Shown: positions 47,558-56,625, numbered from the stretch's first letter. The stretch is 64,000 bases of DNA from Patescibacteria group bacterium (GCA_041649155.1 JBAZNP010000002.1:6640-70639); one strand, 5' to 3'. Program-made: numbers and translations. The notes: generated from the sequence alone by a model not told the origin.

Positions 47558-47959
47558 CTATAAGGCAAACGCTAGTATCATTTCCCCCTCAGGAGTGATT
47601 TTATGACGCTTTGTAATTGCGCCAACAATGGATAAGCCCATTCCTCCTTCTCGCCCAATAGCGATAGATTCAAGAGCCTTTTCCTTGGAATCATGTTCCA
47701 TGGCTAGCTCAATCAGATCCCTGGCCTTTTGCGCACATTGACTTTCTGTTTGTATGTGTTCAATAAGGCAATTGTCTTCTCTGGTGAACCAAATCCTTAA
47801 ATTCGGCTCACCACAATGCTTGACTACATTTGTGGTAACCTCACCAGTTACCAACACCACATCATCCACAACACTTGCTGGAACTAAAGCTTCAATCTCC
47901 TCTCGTACTTGTTGACGAATTCCACTTATGCTTTCATTAGAAACAGCACAGCATTCCAT
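47558..47959 (-). CDS. HATPase_c-type serine kinase/anti-sigma-factor-like protein (RsbW/SpoIIAB-like), stand-alone
   Basis: GEVTTNVVKH (N-box-like) and GGMGLSIV (G2-like). The start is probably MECCAV (ATG at 47959) rather than the track start. Confidence 0.55.
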   Translation of the reverse strand: MECCAVSNESISGIRQQVREEIEALVPASVVDDVVLVTGEVTTNVVKHCGEPNLRIWFTREDNCLIEHIQTESQCAQKARDLIELAMEHDSKEKALESIAIGREGGMGLSIVGAITKRHKITPEGEMILAFAL

Positions 47960-48074
47960 TTTCCGCCTCCAAGATGTTTTTTGATTGTATTGCCCCATCG
48001 TTAATTAGAATTGTGAACTTAGAGCTTAGATTTTTGGCCTAGTTCTGAGCCATTCTAATTAACTGAAAGAACAA

Positions 48075-48632
48075 TTAATATGGTCTTGTCAAAAGTTCAT
48101 AATGTGCTTGTGGATGAGCGCAAGCAGGACACACCTCTGGTGCTTCTGTTCCCTTGTGTACATATCCGCAGTTCCTGCACTTCCACTCAACTTCCTCATC
48201 TCGCTTAAATACCAATCCCCTTTCAACATTTTCTTTCAGCCTTAAATATCGATTTTCATGTTCTTCTTCAACTTCACCAATTTCGGTAAAAACTTTGGCT
48301 GCCTCGTCTTGACCTTCTTCCTTGGCAGTTTTGGCGAACTCGGGATACATTTTAGTATGTTCAAAATTTTCTCCAGCTGCCGCAACACCAAGATTTTCCG
48401 CTGTAGTCCCAACAACCGGAAAATCAAACTTTTCCAATGATGATTCAGTTGGACCAGAGAGAAGTTTCATCAACCTTTTGGCATGTTCTTTTTCATTATC
48501 GGCAGTCTCAATGAAAATAGCAGATATTTGTTCGTATCCCTCTTTTTTCGCCTGCGAGGCAAAGTAAGTGTATTTATTCCTTGCCATTGACTCGCCGGCA
48601 ATCGCTTTTAAGATATTTTTTGGCGTTTCCAT
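48075..48632 (-). CDS. Rubrerythrin (ferritin-like diiron domain plus C-terminal rubredoxin-like CxxC...CxxC)
   Basis: Diiron ExxH motifs (EKEHAKR, EEHENR) and C-terminal WKCRNCGYVH...CPACAHP. Confidence 0.9.
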   Translation of the reverse strand: METPKNILKAIAGESMARNKYTYFASQAKKEGYEQISAIFIETADNEKEHAKRLMKLLSGPTESSLEKFDFPVVGTTAENLGVAAAGENFEHTKMYPEFAKTAKEEGQDEAAKVFTEIGEVEEEHENRYLRLKENVERGLVFKRDEEVEWKCRNCGYVHKGTEAPEVCPACAHPQAHYELLTRPY

Positions 48633-48658
48633 TACAAACCTCCGGTTATAGATCCAAT

Positions 48659-49048
48659 CTATTCAATTATTGCTGATTTTTTAGCATTAACAATTTTTTC
48701 CTCAGTCTCTTCAATTTCCTCCTCAATTTCTTTCTCCTGAGACAGGATGTCACGCAGTCTGCTCTCCAGTCCTTTCATTCTAACCTCAAAATAATTCTCT
48801 GCCAATACCCCAAGAATGAAAAGCATAATCGGAATGCTAATTATTCCATAAACAACAGTGACAATCTTAGAAACATCATGAGAAGGCACAAAATCACCAT
48901 AGCCGACTGTGGTCAGAGTCATAACTGTAAAGTAAAGGGAATTAACTATACTCCAACCCTCAGAATAACGATAAAACCATGTCCCAAACACGACAAGAAC
49001 CAATATAGTAGTAACTGCACCAAGCAAAAGCGTAAACCGTTTAATCAT
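48659..49048 (-). CDS. Small 2-TM potassium channel (KcsA-like) with a charged coiled-coil C-terminus
   Basis: Selectivity filter TTVGYGD in MTLTTVGYGDFVPS, flanked by two TM helices; 129 aa. Confidence 0.8.
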   Translation of the reverse strand: MIKRFTLLLGAVTTILVLVVFGTWFYRYSEGWSIVNSLYFTVMTLTTVGYGDFVPSHDVSKIVTVVYGIISIPIMLFILGVLAENYFEVRMKGLESRLRDILSQEKEIEEEIEETEEKIVNAKKSAIIE

Positions 49049-49091
49049 TTTTATATTTCCCTATTTATTCTGAGCTCTAAGTTTTAACTTA

Positions 49092-49259
49092 TTATTCTCT
49101 CGAATCAAGCACAACCACAATTGCAGCTAAAACACCGATAATAATCTCTGCCCAAGCAAGCCATGTGGGCTCTTTTAGAAAATCCCAACCTGTGATTAGA
49201 CCGGCAATACCCAAGAAAATCATTATGATCCCAATTATCCCAAGCGCTAACTTTGACAT
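49092..49259 (-). CDS. DUF378-like small membrane protein (55 aa); missed by the ORF track
   Basis: MSKLALGIIGIIMIFLGIAGLITGWDFLKEPTWLAWAEIIIGVLAAIVVVLDSRE; AAGGAGG Shine-Dalgarno 5 nt upstream. Confidence 0.55.
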   Translation of the reverse strand: MSKLALGIIGIIMIFLGIAGLITGWDFLKEPTWLAWAEIIIGVLAAIVVVLDSRE

Positions 49260-49383
49260 TTTACCTCCTTAAATTATTATCGTTATTTACTGATAGTCGA
49301 TTACCTACAACTGTTTTGCTGTCTTCGACTCTGAGGGATGAGCCCTCAGGCTCAGACTCGAATGAGACCTGACAACTATTATA

Positions 49384-49800
49384 TCAATCTGCATCCTTCT
49401 CATACTGTCCGAATGTGTTTCTGTTTTGGTATACCCCTTTTTTAGGTAGCAGTTTTACACTTACCTTAAATTTCCTAGGCTCTCCGTTTGCATCATGGAA
49501 TTCATCGGTTTTATTCTCCTGAAATATTTGCATCAATTCCACAGATAAGATCTCTTTTAATGTTGCTATCTCTTCAGTATTAGCCTTAATATCTGCTAAC
49601 AGTTTCTGATTAGGACCGCTACCTAAGACTTCATCTTTAATTTGTTTTTTCTTTTGAGTAACTGCCTTTGCTTCCTCTACCGCTTCCAGATACTCCACTG
49701 AATTATCAAGCTCTCCGTCTAACATTTCCTTAGCATTACGCACTTCTTCTTCATACTTTTCCAATAAATCAATTCTTTTTTGAATAGTCGAAACGTCCAT
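49384..49800 (-). CDS. Hypothetical coiled-coil protein
   Basis: 138 aa with heptad-like charged repeats; no motif recognised. Confidence 0.5.
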   Translation of the reverse strand: MDVSTIQKRIDLLEKYEEEVRNAKEMLDGELDNSVEYLEAVEEAKAVTQKKKQIKDEVLGSGPNQKLLADIKANTEEIATLKEILSVELMQIFQENKTDEFHDANGEPRKFKVSVKLLPKKGVYQNRNTFGQYEKDAD

Positions 49801-49859
49801 TTTAATTTATCCTGTTTGCTCTGCAAAGCAGTAGCCAATAGGACCCTTTTATTAATAAT

Positions 49860-50549
49860 CTAATAACTATTTGGTCTAAAGCTCCCAATTACAACATTGG
49901 CATTTATATGTAATTTTTTCTCAATAATAAGACCTTCGTTTAAAACTTTCAGAACTCTGTTATCCAGAGCCGATTCAGCAACATTTTCCTTGCTAACAAT
50001 ATTGTGTCTTTCGTTATCAAAAATTTTCCCGACTTCAACCTCGGAATCCATAAAATCATAGCCGACAGGACGAAGCTTGTGTTTGAGTTGTTTTCTGATT
50101 ATTTCTCCATTATATCTTACCCAATCTTCTTCTGGGGATAAAACCTGAATTGTATCTGGCTTTGAGGTGAGATTAATAATAAAAGATTCATCGATTTTCT
50201 TGTACTGGCCAGACATTATTAATTTTGAATTTTGTATAAAAACTTTAATACTTTGTAATACTTCGGGCTTTATTTTGCCTTTTGTAGCAAAGTTATTTAC
50301 CACTATTTCGAATTCTTCAACATTATGAATATTGGGAGGTAAGTGATATTCAGGCTTTGGAGGTAGCGGCGGAGTCAGCGGCTTTAGCGGTTTTTTTTCT
50401 TCGACTTTCTTTTCTTCTTTAAGTTCTTCTTTTTGCTCTGGAATTTGGACTAGCATGCTCTTAACATTATCCAAACCATAAGTTTTAACTAACTCAGTTA
50501 ATTCTTCTTTGAGCCTGATTGCTGATACTAAATCTAATTTTTTATTCAT
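49860..50549 (-). CDS. Hypothetical protein with a possible GrpE-like C-terminal domain and a Pro-rich linker
   Basis: The C-terminus FDNERHNIV...VLKVLNEGLIIEKKLHINANVVIG weakly resembles the GrpE FDPnlHeAv ... vlqkGYkl.drvlRpA.V.V pattern. No dnaK adjacent; speculative. Confidence 0.3.
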   Translation of the reverse strand: MNKKLDLVSAIRLKEELTELVKTYGLDNVKSMLVQIPEQKEELKEEKKVEEKKPLKPLTPPLPPKPEYHLPPNIHNVEEFEIVVNNFATKGKIKPEVLQSIKVFIQNSKLIMSGQYKKIDESFIINLTSKPDTIQVLSPEEDWVRYNGEIIRKQLKHKLRPVGYDFMDSEVEVGKIFDNERHNIVSKENVAESALDNRVLKVLNEGLIIEKKLHINANVVIGSFRPNSY

Positions 50550-50577
50550 TTTACCCTCAAATACAAGCTATTTTCGA

Positions 50578-50943
50578 TTACTCTTCAATAAACTCGATCG
50601 TGTCATCACTCGAATTATTACTTACCAGATATTGATACACAAAATAACCGCCCACAAGTAAAACAATGGCCGCAGCGACAATAACGATCATTTTTAATTT
50701 AGATGATTTAGTTGAAGCAACTCCCGTTGGAATACTTGGCTCCGCTGCTTGCGGCTGTTCCTGAGTATTTTGTCTTACTTCCGAGGTTGGTTGAACGCTT
50801 GGTTCGGATTGTTGCGGCGCAGATGTTTGAACTGGAATTCCAGTATTGATCTCAGGTGCACTCGGAGCCTGTACGGGCACATTCTGTGGCTGGTTTGTAT
50901 TTGGAGTACTATTAGCTGTCACGTTTGGATTTGAATTTTCCAT
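50578..50943 (-). CDS. Hypothetical membrane protein with an S/T/P/Q-rich N-terminus and a C-terminal TM
   Basis: 121 aa; low-complexity PNTNQPQNVPVQAPSAP region, then KMIVIVAAAIVLLVGGYFVYQYL. Confidence 0.45.
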   Translation of the reverse strand: MENSNPNVTANSTPNTNQPQNVPVQAPSAPEINTGIPVQTSAPQQSEPSVQPTSEVRQNTQEQPQAAEPSIPTGVASTKSSKLKMIVIVAAAIVLLVGGYFVYQYLVSNNSSDDTIEFIEE

Positions 50944-51006
50944 TGTCCCTTCCTATTTACTTGATTTTTTCTTTTAATTTAAGGATAAACTGTTTTAAAT
51001 TCTAAA

Positions 51007-51471
51007 TCAAATCAAAGATTGTAATTGCTTAATATCATTCAAATTATTTAATCCGCTGGAGTTCATAAAATTAGATAATATTTTGACTTCACAATAAACC
51101 GCTCCGAATATCAGTATCACAAATATTATCAGCCCATAAACAGAGGCCCTATCCCATTTCTCCTGCACAGACTTAAACTGGCTAAATGAGCGCCATTCTC
51201 GCAGCTTCCAGGCTCGCCGTCTAGCATAGATAGGTAATATGAACAGCACAGGAAAAAACAAAACTCCAAATACAATGCTCACCCAGAAAAACACTTTGTC
51301 TTTCATGTACCAAAAGTAGATGGCGCTACAAACGAGAGCACTGAAAGAGTATTTGCTTAGATGCGCCTCTTGTTCTTGCGACGAGAGCTCAACTTCCTGA
51401 TAACCTTCATTTTCTGCAATAACCTCACTCATTTTCTTATCAATCTTAGATTGTTCAATATTTGTTTCCAT
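51007..51471 (-). CDS. Hypothetical 2-TM membrane protein
   Basis: The track ORF (to 51603) overlaps the upstream rSAM gene; METNIEQSK (ATG at 51471) is the first in-frame start beyond the overlap. The Shine-Dalgarno is weak. Confidence 0.4.
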   Translation of the reverse strand: METNIEQSKIDKKMSEVIAENEGYQEVELSSQEQEAHLSKYSFSALVCSAIYFWYMKDKVFFWVSIVFGVLFFPVLFILPIYARRRAWKLREWRSFSQFKSVQEKWDRASVYGLIIFVILIFGAVYCEVKILSNFMNSSGLNNLNDIKQLQSLI

Positions 51472-51541
51472 ATTCTCATTATATGCCAAGTCTGGAATAT
51501 GAAAAGCCCCAGCAACATTAATGCAATTACTGGGGCTTAGA

Positions 51542-52939
51542 CTAGCGAACAAAGCGATTTCTGATCGTTTGCCAAAAACGGGATAAGGACTGCTTAAACG
51601 CAATCCAGAGTATGCCGCGGTAGGACTTCCAGTGTTCCTTGATTAGCCCACGGCCGTGGCTAGTAAGGAAGTAGAACCAGATCGGAATGGCATAGAGGCA
51701 AAGCCAAGCACCAAACCGGCTCATCTTTTTCGGTCGGAATAAAACATGCTGGCCATTGTAGAGATCATAATTTCTCAGCCATTCACGCCCTTCCGATTCA
51801 AAATCACGCTCAATTTCAGTTCCAGGCAGAAGTACAAGCCCTAAAACCTGAAGGTAATAGGCTCCCCACTGTCGGAGTTGGCGGATGCCTTGAAAAAACG
51901 ACCAGGCAGTGTCCGTGTCGATACCTGCAATAGTCATAGCCAACGATTTAATACCGGCAGCATGGAGAAGAGCCAGACAATTTCTGATCTGCTCGGGATT
52001 TTGTCCTTTTCGCATTTTTTTCAATGTGACTGCGTCAGCAGACTCAATGCCCAGACAAACGGTTATACATCCGGCCCGCTTCATTAGATCTGCGATTTCC
52101 GGCGTGATATCCGTTACTCTTGCCTGGCAGAGCCAACCTTTCGGCGGAACCAGATCTAAAACGATCATCTGTTTCATGAACTCAATCGTTATCAACCTAG
52201 TACGAGCATTTCCGAAGAAATTGTCGTCAGAGAAAAAAATAGGATTTTTCTTCCACAGAACAGGATAGTGTTTTTTATACTCCTGCAACCAAGCAATGCG
52301 TGCCTCAACTGTTGAAGCGCGATATTCCGCCCCAAACATTGTTGCAACGGCACAAAATCGACATTTAGATGGACATCCCCGGCTATTATTTAAAAGGGTT
52401 TGCTCCATCTTCTCATAGCCGATGACGGTGTTAAAAGCCGGAAGCGGCAAAGCTGAAAGCTCTTTCTCTGTTAGAAGAGATTGATCATCATTTTGCCTTA
52501 CTAAGTTGCCATCTTTCCAAGTTATGCCAAGGATATTTCCAAGGCTTTCTCCGCTCTGTATCGCTTTTACAAGCTGCGGGAAAGTCTTGTCGCCCTCATG
52601 TCGGACAACCACATCAGCGCCAGCCGAGAGTGATTCTTCAGGCAATTTCGTTGAATGTGGTCCGCCCACTACAATAGCATTCTTGTATCCTGCAGAACGC
52701 AGTTGACTTATCATCTTATACGTTGGATTAGCTGTACATGTTATCACACTAAAACCAACAAGATCGTAGTTCATGAGTTCCTGCCAATCAAATTTTTGTA
52801 TTGATTCAACATAGCAGGTAACTTCATAACCCTCTTCTTTCAAAATAGCCGCAAGAAGCGGGACGCCTCTTGACATTTTGATCAGGGCATAGATATTCAA
52901 ACGATCCAGACCCAGATACTCAACTAGAGCTATCTTCAA
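51542..52939 (-). CDS. B12-binding radical SAM protein (class B)
   Basis: N-terminal cobalamin-binding-like DLVGFSVITCTANPTYKMISQLRSAGYKNAIVVGGPHST and CxxxCxxC as GCPSKCRFC; AGGAGGGG Shine-Dalgarno. Confidence 0.8.
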   Translation of the reverse strand: MKIALVEYLGLDRLNIYALIKMSRGVPLLAAILKEEGYEVTCYVESIQKFDWQELMNYDLVGFSVITCTANPTYKMISQLRSAGYKNAIVVGGPHSTKLPEESLSAGADVVVRHEGDKTFPQLVKAIQSGESLGNILGITWKDGNLVRQNDDQSLLTEKELSALPLPAFNTVIGYEKMEQTLLNNSRGCPSKCRFCAVATMFGAEYRASTVEARIAWLQEYKKHYPVLWKKNPIFFSDDNFFGNARTRLITIEFMKQMIVLDLVPPKGWLCQARVTDITPEIADLMKRAGCITVCLGIESADAVTLKKMRKGQNPEQIRNCLALLHAAGIKSLAMTIAGIDTDTAWSFFQGIRQLRQWGAYYLQVLGLVLLPGTEIERDFESEGREWLRNYDLYNGQHVLFRPKKMSRFGAWLCLYAIPIWFYFLTSHGRGLIKEHWKSYRGILWIAFKQSLSRFWQTIRNRFVR

Positions 52940-53044
52940 GATATTCCCCTCCTTTACGGGAAACTGCTTGTATTTTGTACTAATTTAAACCGCATTTTCA
53001 TGCAACCCAAATTGCAAGCTCATCATACTAATAAATGATTCACA

Positions 53045-53080
53045 AAGCAAAAAATGAACGAACTAATCGTTCATTTTTGC
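53045..53080 (-). terminator. Terminator after the NUDIX gene (hairpin usable in both directions)
   Basis: AATGAACGA-actaa-TCGTTCATT with an A-run and a T-run on the flanks. Confidence 0.55.
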
Positions 53081-53099
53081 TTACTTGTTTACCCGTTTA

Positions 53100-53534
53100 C
53101 TAGCCCAATAGCTTAATTAATTTCTCTTTTGCCTCTATTGGATAAAGATTCTCTATATTTTTCATCTCACTTATTTTGACCCATTTGGGATAAAATTGAT
53201 TATTTTCATTCATTTTCTCCTTCTCTGGACCGCCTAATTCAACTTCTCCAGAAAAATCAGTTATCAAATAAAAATATTCATCTCTACCCTCAAACTCATA
53301 AACTTGAGTAGGATTATGTTGAACAAACAACAGTCTATCAATTTTAGCGTCAAGCGAAAGCTCTTCTTTGATTTCTCGAATTGTCGCTTCTTCGGTCGTT
53401 TCCCTTTCCTCAACCCCACCACCAGGAAATACATAATACCAACCCTTTTGCCAACTCGGATTAAACCGATGGATTAGAAGAATTTTATTATCTTTGACAA
53501 TTATGCCAACTGCTCTTTTTGCAATATTATTCAT
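53100..53534 (-). CDS. NUDIX hydrolase
   Basis: Nudix box GGGVEERETTEEATIREIKEELSL (Gx5Ex7REUxEExGU). Confidence 0.85.
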   Translation of the reverse strand: MNNIAKRAVGIIVKDNKILLIHRFNPSWQKGWYYVFPGGGVEERETTEEATIREIKEELSLDAKIDRLLFVQHNPTQVYEFEGRDEYFYLITDFSGEVELGGPEKEKMNENNQFYPKWVKISEMKNIENLYPIEAKEKLIKLLG

Positions 53535-53576
53535 ATTAAAATTATATAACTAAGATATAGGAATTGCTAATTTGGG

Positions 53577-53610
53577 CAAAAAAAGTGCCCCGACGCATAT
53601 GCATCGGGGC
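53577..53610 (-). terminator. Rho-independent terminator
   Basis: Minus strand: GCCCCGATGCATATGCGTCGGGGC followed by ACTTTTTTTGCCC. Confidence 0.7.
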
Positions 53611-53631
53611 GAGATAATCTGTCTAGATATT

Positions 53632-55647
53632 TTAATTCAATATCTGCTTGTCTTCAGGGTAAGCAACATAAAATGTTCCATTGCGTTCTACCCCATTTAG
53701 TACAACTAATTTACCAACAGAGAGATCGAAAGCCGACAAACTGACGGCTGTAAGAGTGTTGTTCAGAGTTACCGAATACTGACCCGTAAGACTATTGTAG
53801 CCATTATCCGCAGTCACCCTAGCCACAATCCTTGAGTATAAACTACTGGTTGTCGACAACTTCTCAACAGGAACTCCGACCGCTTTAACCTTGTATTGTA
53901 CCGACGAAGGATAATCCTGCAAAACAATATTCTGATAGCCCGATATATAGTTAACAAAGCGCCGTCCATCAGACTGCTCTGTTACAGTGCCCTTCAGCCA
54001 GTTAATTTTCTTTCCCAGCATAGGTTTACTAGCAGCAACTCCTTTCACTAACACCGCTGGAACTCTTTTTTCGTATGGCTGAATAATCATCTCATCCGGA
54101 CCAGTTATTGCTGTAATCACCCCATCAAGCAGAATTGTTGTCTCACCAATTGGTGCCTCGTACAATGCAGATAACCCAAGAATATAACCGACAGTTCCGT
54201 GATAGAAATTATACTCTACTTTTCCTTCTGCATTTAATTGGCCAGATAGGGTTTTTATAGTTGGGCTAGCCTGATCGTCTTGCTCGGAAAGCACTACGTT
54301 ATATTGATGTCCAGGTTCTCCAATAATTATTAATACATAGTCTCCTGGTGGAGCATTACCTATCTCTGCAATTGGACCAGTATTTATTGTTTCGCCGGTT
54401 TCCTGGTTTTCAAACTGCTCATCTTCACTAGCCACAGTCGACCTATTAGGTTGAGTAAGCAACAATCGAAGGCTCGTGTCGGATGACATCGCAGTCACAG
54501 ATGAAGATAGATAGTTTGGTAACAAATCTGATCCTTGATCAAATGATAACGAAGAGTCTTGTGTCGAAATATTTGACGACGCTAGATCTGAAGTTGAAAT
54601 ACTCTGCGTCGCCAAATTAGTTTTTGTAGGCGCAGGCGATATCATTCGATAGAAAGAGCGCGTATTTGATGTACTAAATCCAGAATAATCTTCCAGAAAC
54701 TCTACATCTCGAACACCGTTTGGATCAAGTATTCTTGTCTTGATGGCTCCTCCTTCTACCACTGCCTTGCCAAATATTGCCACCCAATGCCCAGAATTGT
54801 GAACAGAGGTTATTGTGGGGATATTTCTTGCTAACGCTTCGTCGACCGACAAGCCACGCACAACCTTTAGAGAAATGCCATAGCGCTTCTTAATAATCCT
54901 AGCAACAGCTTGACTGTTAACCTTTAATCCAACAAAACCATCTGATTCGAGTTTCAGGTAGTAGTTCATATCAGATGGAGATATTGTAATCCCAAAGGTC
55001 GCCAAAACATTACAGATCGACGTCATAAAACATCCCCAAGCTCTAATTGTAGCCCCTGATACCTTCGAGTAGCTTTGAGAATAATTTGTCTGACGGTAGT
55101 GTTTGATACCGCCGTCAAATATACTATCCGAACTGTAAGATACGTAAGCTTTGTTCGGATAAATATCAGAATCGGCCGTATTAACATACTCCATCCAATC
55201 ATTCCCTGCACCCTGGAACTCACCTTTGTAATAAGAACCAACAGGATTGTTAGGCAAAACATCAATTTTCAAACGAGCCGTTGCACACGGTTTTTTCACG
55301 GCTGGATCAACCGTCCATTGTTCGACAACTTGATCATTAAATGGTTTGTAGGTTTTTGTCTCATATCCGAACATTTTGATATGGACATTTTCTCGTTTCT
55401 GAGTGTTGAACTGAAAATCGAAGCCAACGTTATCATAAATATAGATTCGTTTGTATTTTTCCCAGTAAATACACACTTCTTTAGTTGATGCCCATGGAGT
55501 TCTGGCAGTTGAAAAGATCCAGCCACCTCCCGCCACTTGAACACCAAGTATTGACCCTACATACCAATCGTAATCAGGACAAGTAACATTAGCCAAACTA
55601 GGAGCGATAGCGATGAAAATTAGAAGCACTAACAAACATACTTTCAT
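53632..55647 (-). CDS. Secreted protein with a putative papain-like/C39-like cysteine peptidase domain and a C-terminal beta-rich domain
   Basis: Signal peptide MKVCLLVLLIFIAIAPSLANV. WGCFMTSICNVLATFGI (Cys region) and HNSGHWVAIFG (His region) are consistent with a C39-like fold; 671 aa. Confidence 0.45.
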   Translation of the reverse strand: MKVCLLVLLIFIAIAPSLANVTCPDYDWYVGSILGVQVAGGGWIFSTARTPWASTKEVCIYWEKYKRIYIYDNVGFDFQFNTQKRENVHIKMFGYETKTYKPFNDQVVEQWTVDPAVKKPCATARLKIDVLPNNPVGSYYKGEFQGAGNDWMEYVNTADSDIYPNKAYVSYSSDSIFDGGIKHYRQTNYSQSYSKVSGATIRAWGCFMTSICNVLATFGITISPSDMNYYLKLESDGFVGLKVNSQAVARIIKKRYGISLKVVRGLSVDEALARNIPTITSVHNSGHWVAIFGKAVVEGGAIKTRILDPNGVRDVEFLEDYSGFSTSNTRSFYRMISPAPTKTNLATQSISTSDLASSNISTQDSSLSFDQGSDLLPNYLSSSVTAMSSDTSLRLLLTQPNRSTVASEDEQFENQETGETINTGPIAEIGNAPPGDYVLIIIGEPGHQYNVVLSEQDDQASPTIKTLSGQLNAEGKVEYNFYHGTVGYILGLSALYEAPIGETTILLDGVITAITGPDEMIIQPYEKRVPAVLVKGVAASKPMLGKKINWLKGTVTEQSDGRRFVNYISGYQNIVLQDYPSSVQYKVKAVGVPVEKLSTTSSLYSRIVARVTADNGYNSLTGQYSVTLNNTLTAVSLSAFDLSVGKLVVLNGVERNGTFYVAYPEDKQILN

Positions 55648-56181
55648 TTAGCCGACCCTCCTCTCCTTAAATGTTCCAACTGCCTTGATGAATAATTTGG
55701 GCAGCTCCTTGGCATGACTTTGTTGGCTTATTACTAGTTTCTGGCCATCTTCATTTCCGCCAAGCTTTTTAATAACAACGTGCTGAAAAAAGTATAGATG
55801 ACCCTTTTCATCATCACTAATACTGCCCTCGGCACAAACAATCTGTTTTTTGCCTAGTTTTATAATCGTACCGGTCATTAACTCATCCTTTGGTTCGATA
55901 GTCAGAAAGAAGCTTTTTTTGGGCTCCACTTGAAGAACACGACCATTTTCATAAAGTTGAATGATCAGTGAACCTTCTTGGAATCGATGGGCTTTCTCAT
56001 TTTGAAATTTAGCCTGTTTAACAAGCTTTCCATTAATCTTCAAAAAAGACTTGCCGTTGTCCAATTTTGTGACAATGACATCGTGTTTGTTGATACTGAC
56101 CGAATAACTAAAATCAGCCAGCGTTGCCGTTGCCATTAAGACAAAGCAAAGTGACATTACCATTACAGATACTTTTTTCAT
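55648..56181 (-). CDS. Hypothetical secreted protein, first gene of an operon with the C39-like protein
   Basis: Signal peptide MKKVSVMVMSLCFVLMATATLA; AGGAGG Shine-Dalgarno; its stop is adjacent to the next gene's start. Confidence 0.5.
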   Translation of the reverse strand: MKKVSVMVMSLCFVLMATATLADFSYSVSINKHDVIVTKLDNGKSFLKINGKLVKQAKFQNEKAHRFQEGSLIIQLYENGRVLQVEPKKSFFLTIEPKDELMTGTIIKLGKKQIVCAEGSISDDEKGHLYFFQHVVIKKLGGNEDGQKLVISQQSHAKELPKLFIKAVGTFKERRVG

Positions 56182-56267
56182 TTTCTTAAACCTCCTAGGC
56201 TGTCAAAGTCGCGCTGGCCTCAAGAACCAAACGCTACTGCTTGCACAGTGCTATGTAATCAAAACGG

Positions 56268-56294
56268 GACAAAAAAAGCCGAATTACTTCGGCT
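56268..56294 (-). promoter_or_regulatory. Intrinsic-terminator-like hairpin inside the long 5' leader of the secreted-protein operon (candidate attenuator)
   Basis: Minus strand: AGCCGAAGtaatTCGGCT followed by TTTTTTTGTCCCGTTTT, about 90-110 nt upstream of the start codon. Candidate promoters lie further upstream (TTGACA at reverse complement 56508-56513 and 56418-56423). Confidence 0.4.
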
Positions 56295-56543
56295 AACCCA
56301 GCTACCGTAACCCTTGATTGCTCAAGCGTCTTAGGCCATAGGCTTTGCGTCGCCAGCTTTCACTGGTTTTGCTATTGTCGGTTTTGATACCGCAAATCAT
56401 ACACCAAAAAATAATTTTGTCAATACTGAAAAAGAAATTATCGGAAATATTAATCGATCGTACATATTTGACGATATTAAAAATATTTACAACACTATTT
56501 CAAATTTTGTCAAAATGAGGTATGATGTTTTAGTGTAAATATT

Positions 56544-56625
56544 CATTGTCATTCCCGAGTAGTCGGAAATCTACCAACAGAATTTACTATCTTGGATCCC
56601 CGCCTGCGCGGGGATGACAACAATG
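56544..56625 (+). promoter_or_regulatory. Leader element with mutually exclusive pairings upstream of the flavoprotein gene
   Basis: Local GC hairpin ATCCCCGCctgcGCGGGGAT (56596-56615). Its 3' half (CGGGGATGACAACAATG, 56609-56625) can instead pair with the distal CATTGTCATTCCCG (56544-56557). Confidence 0.35.
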
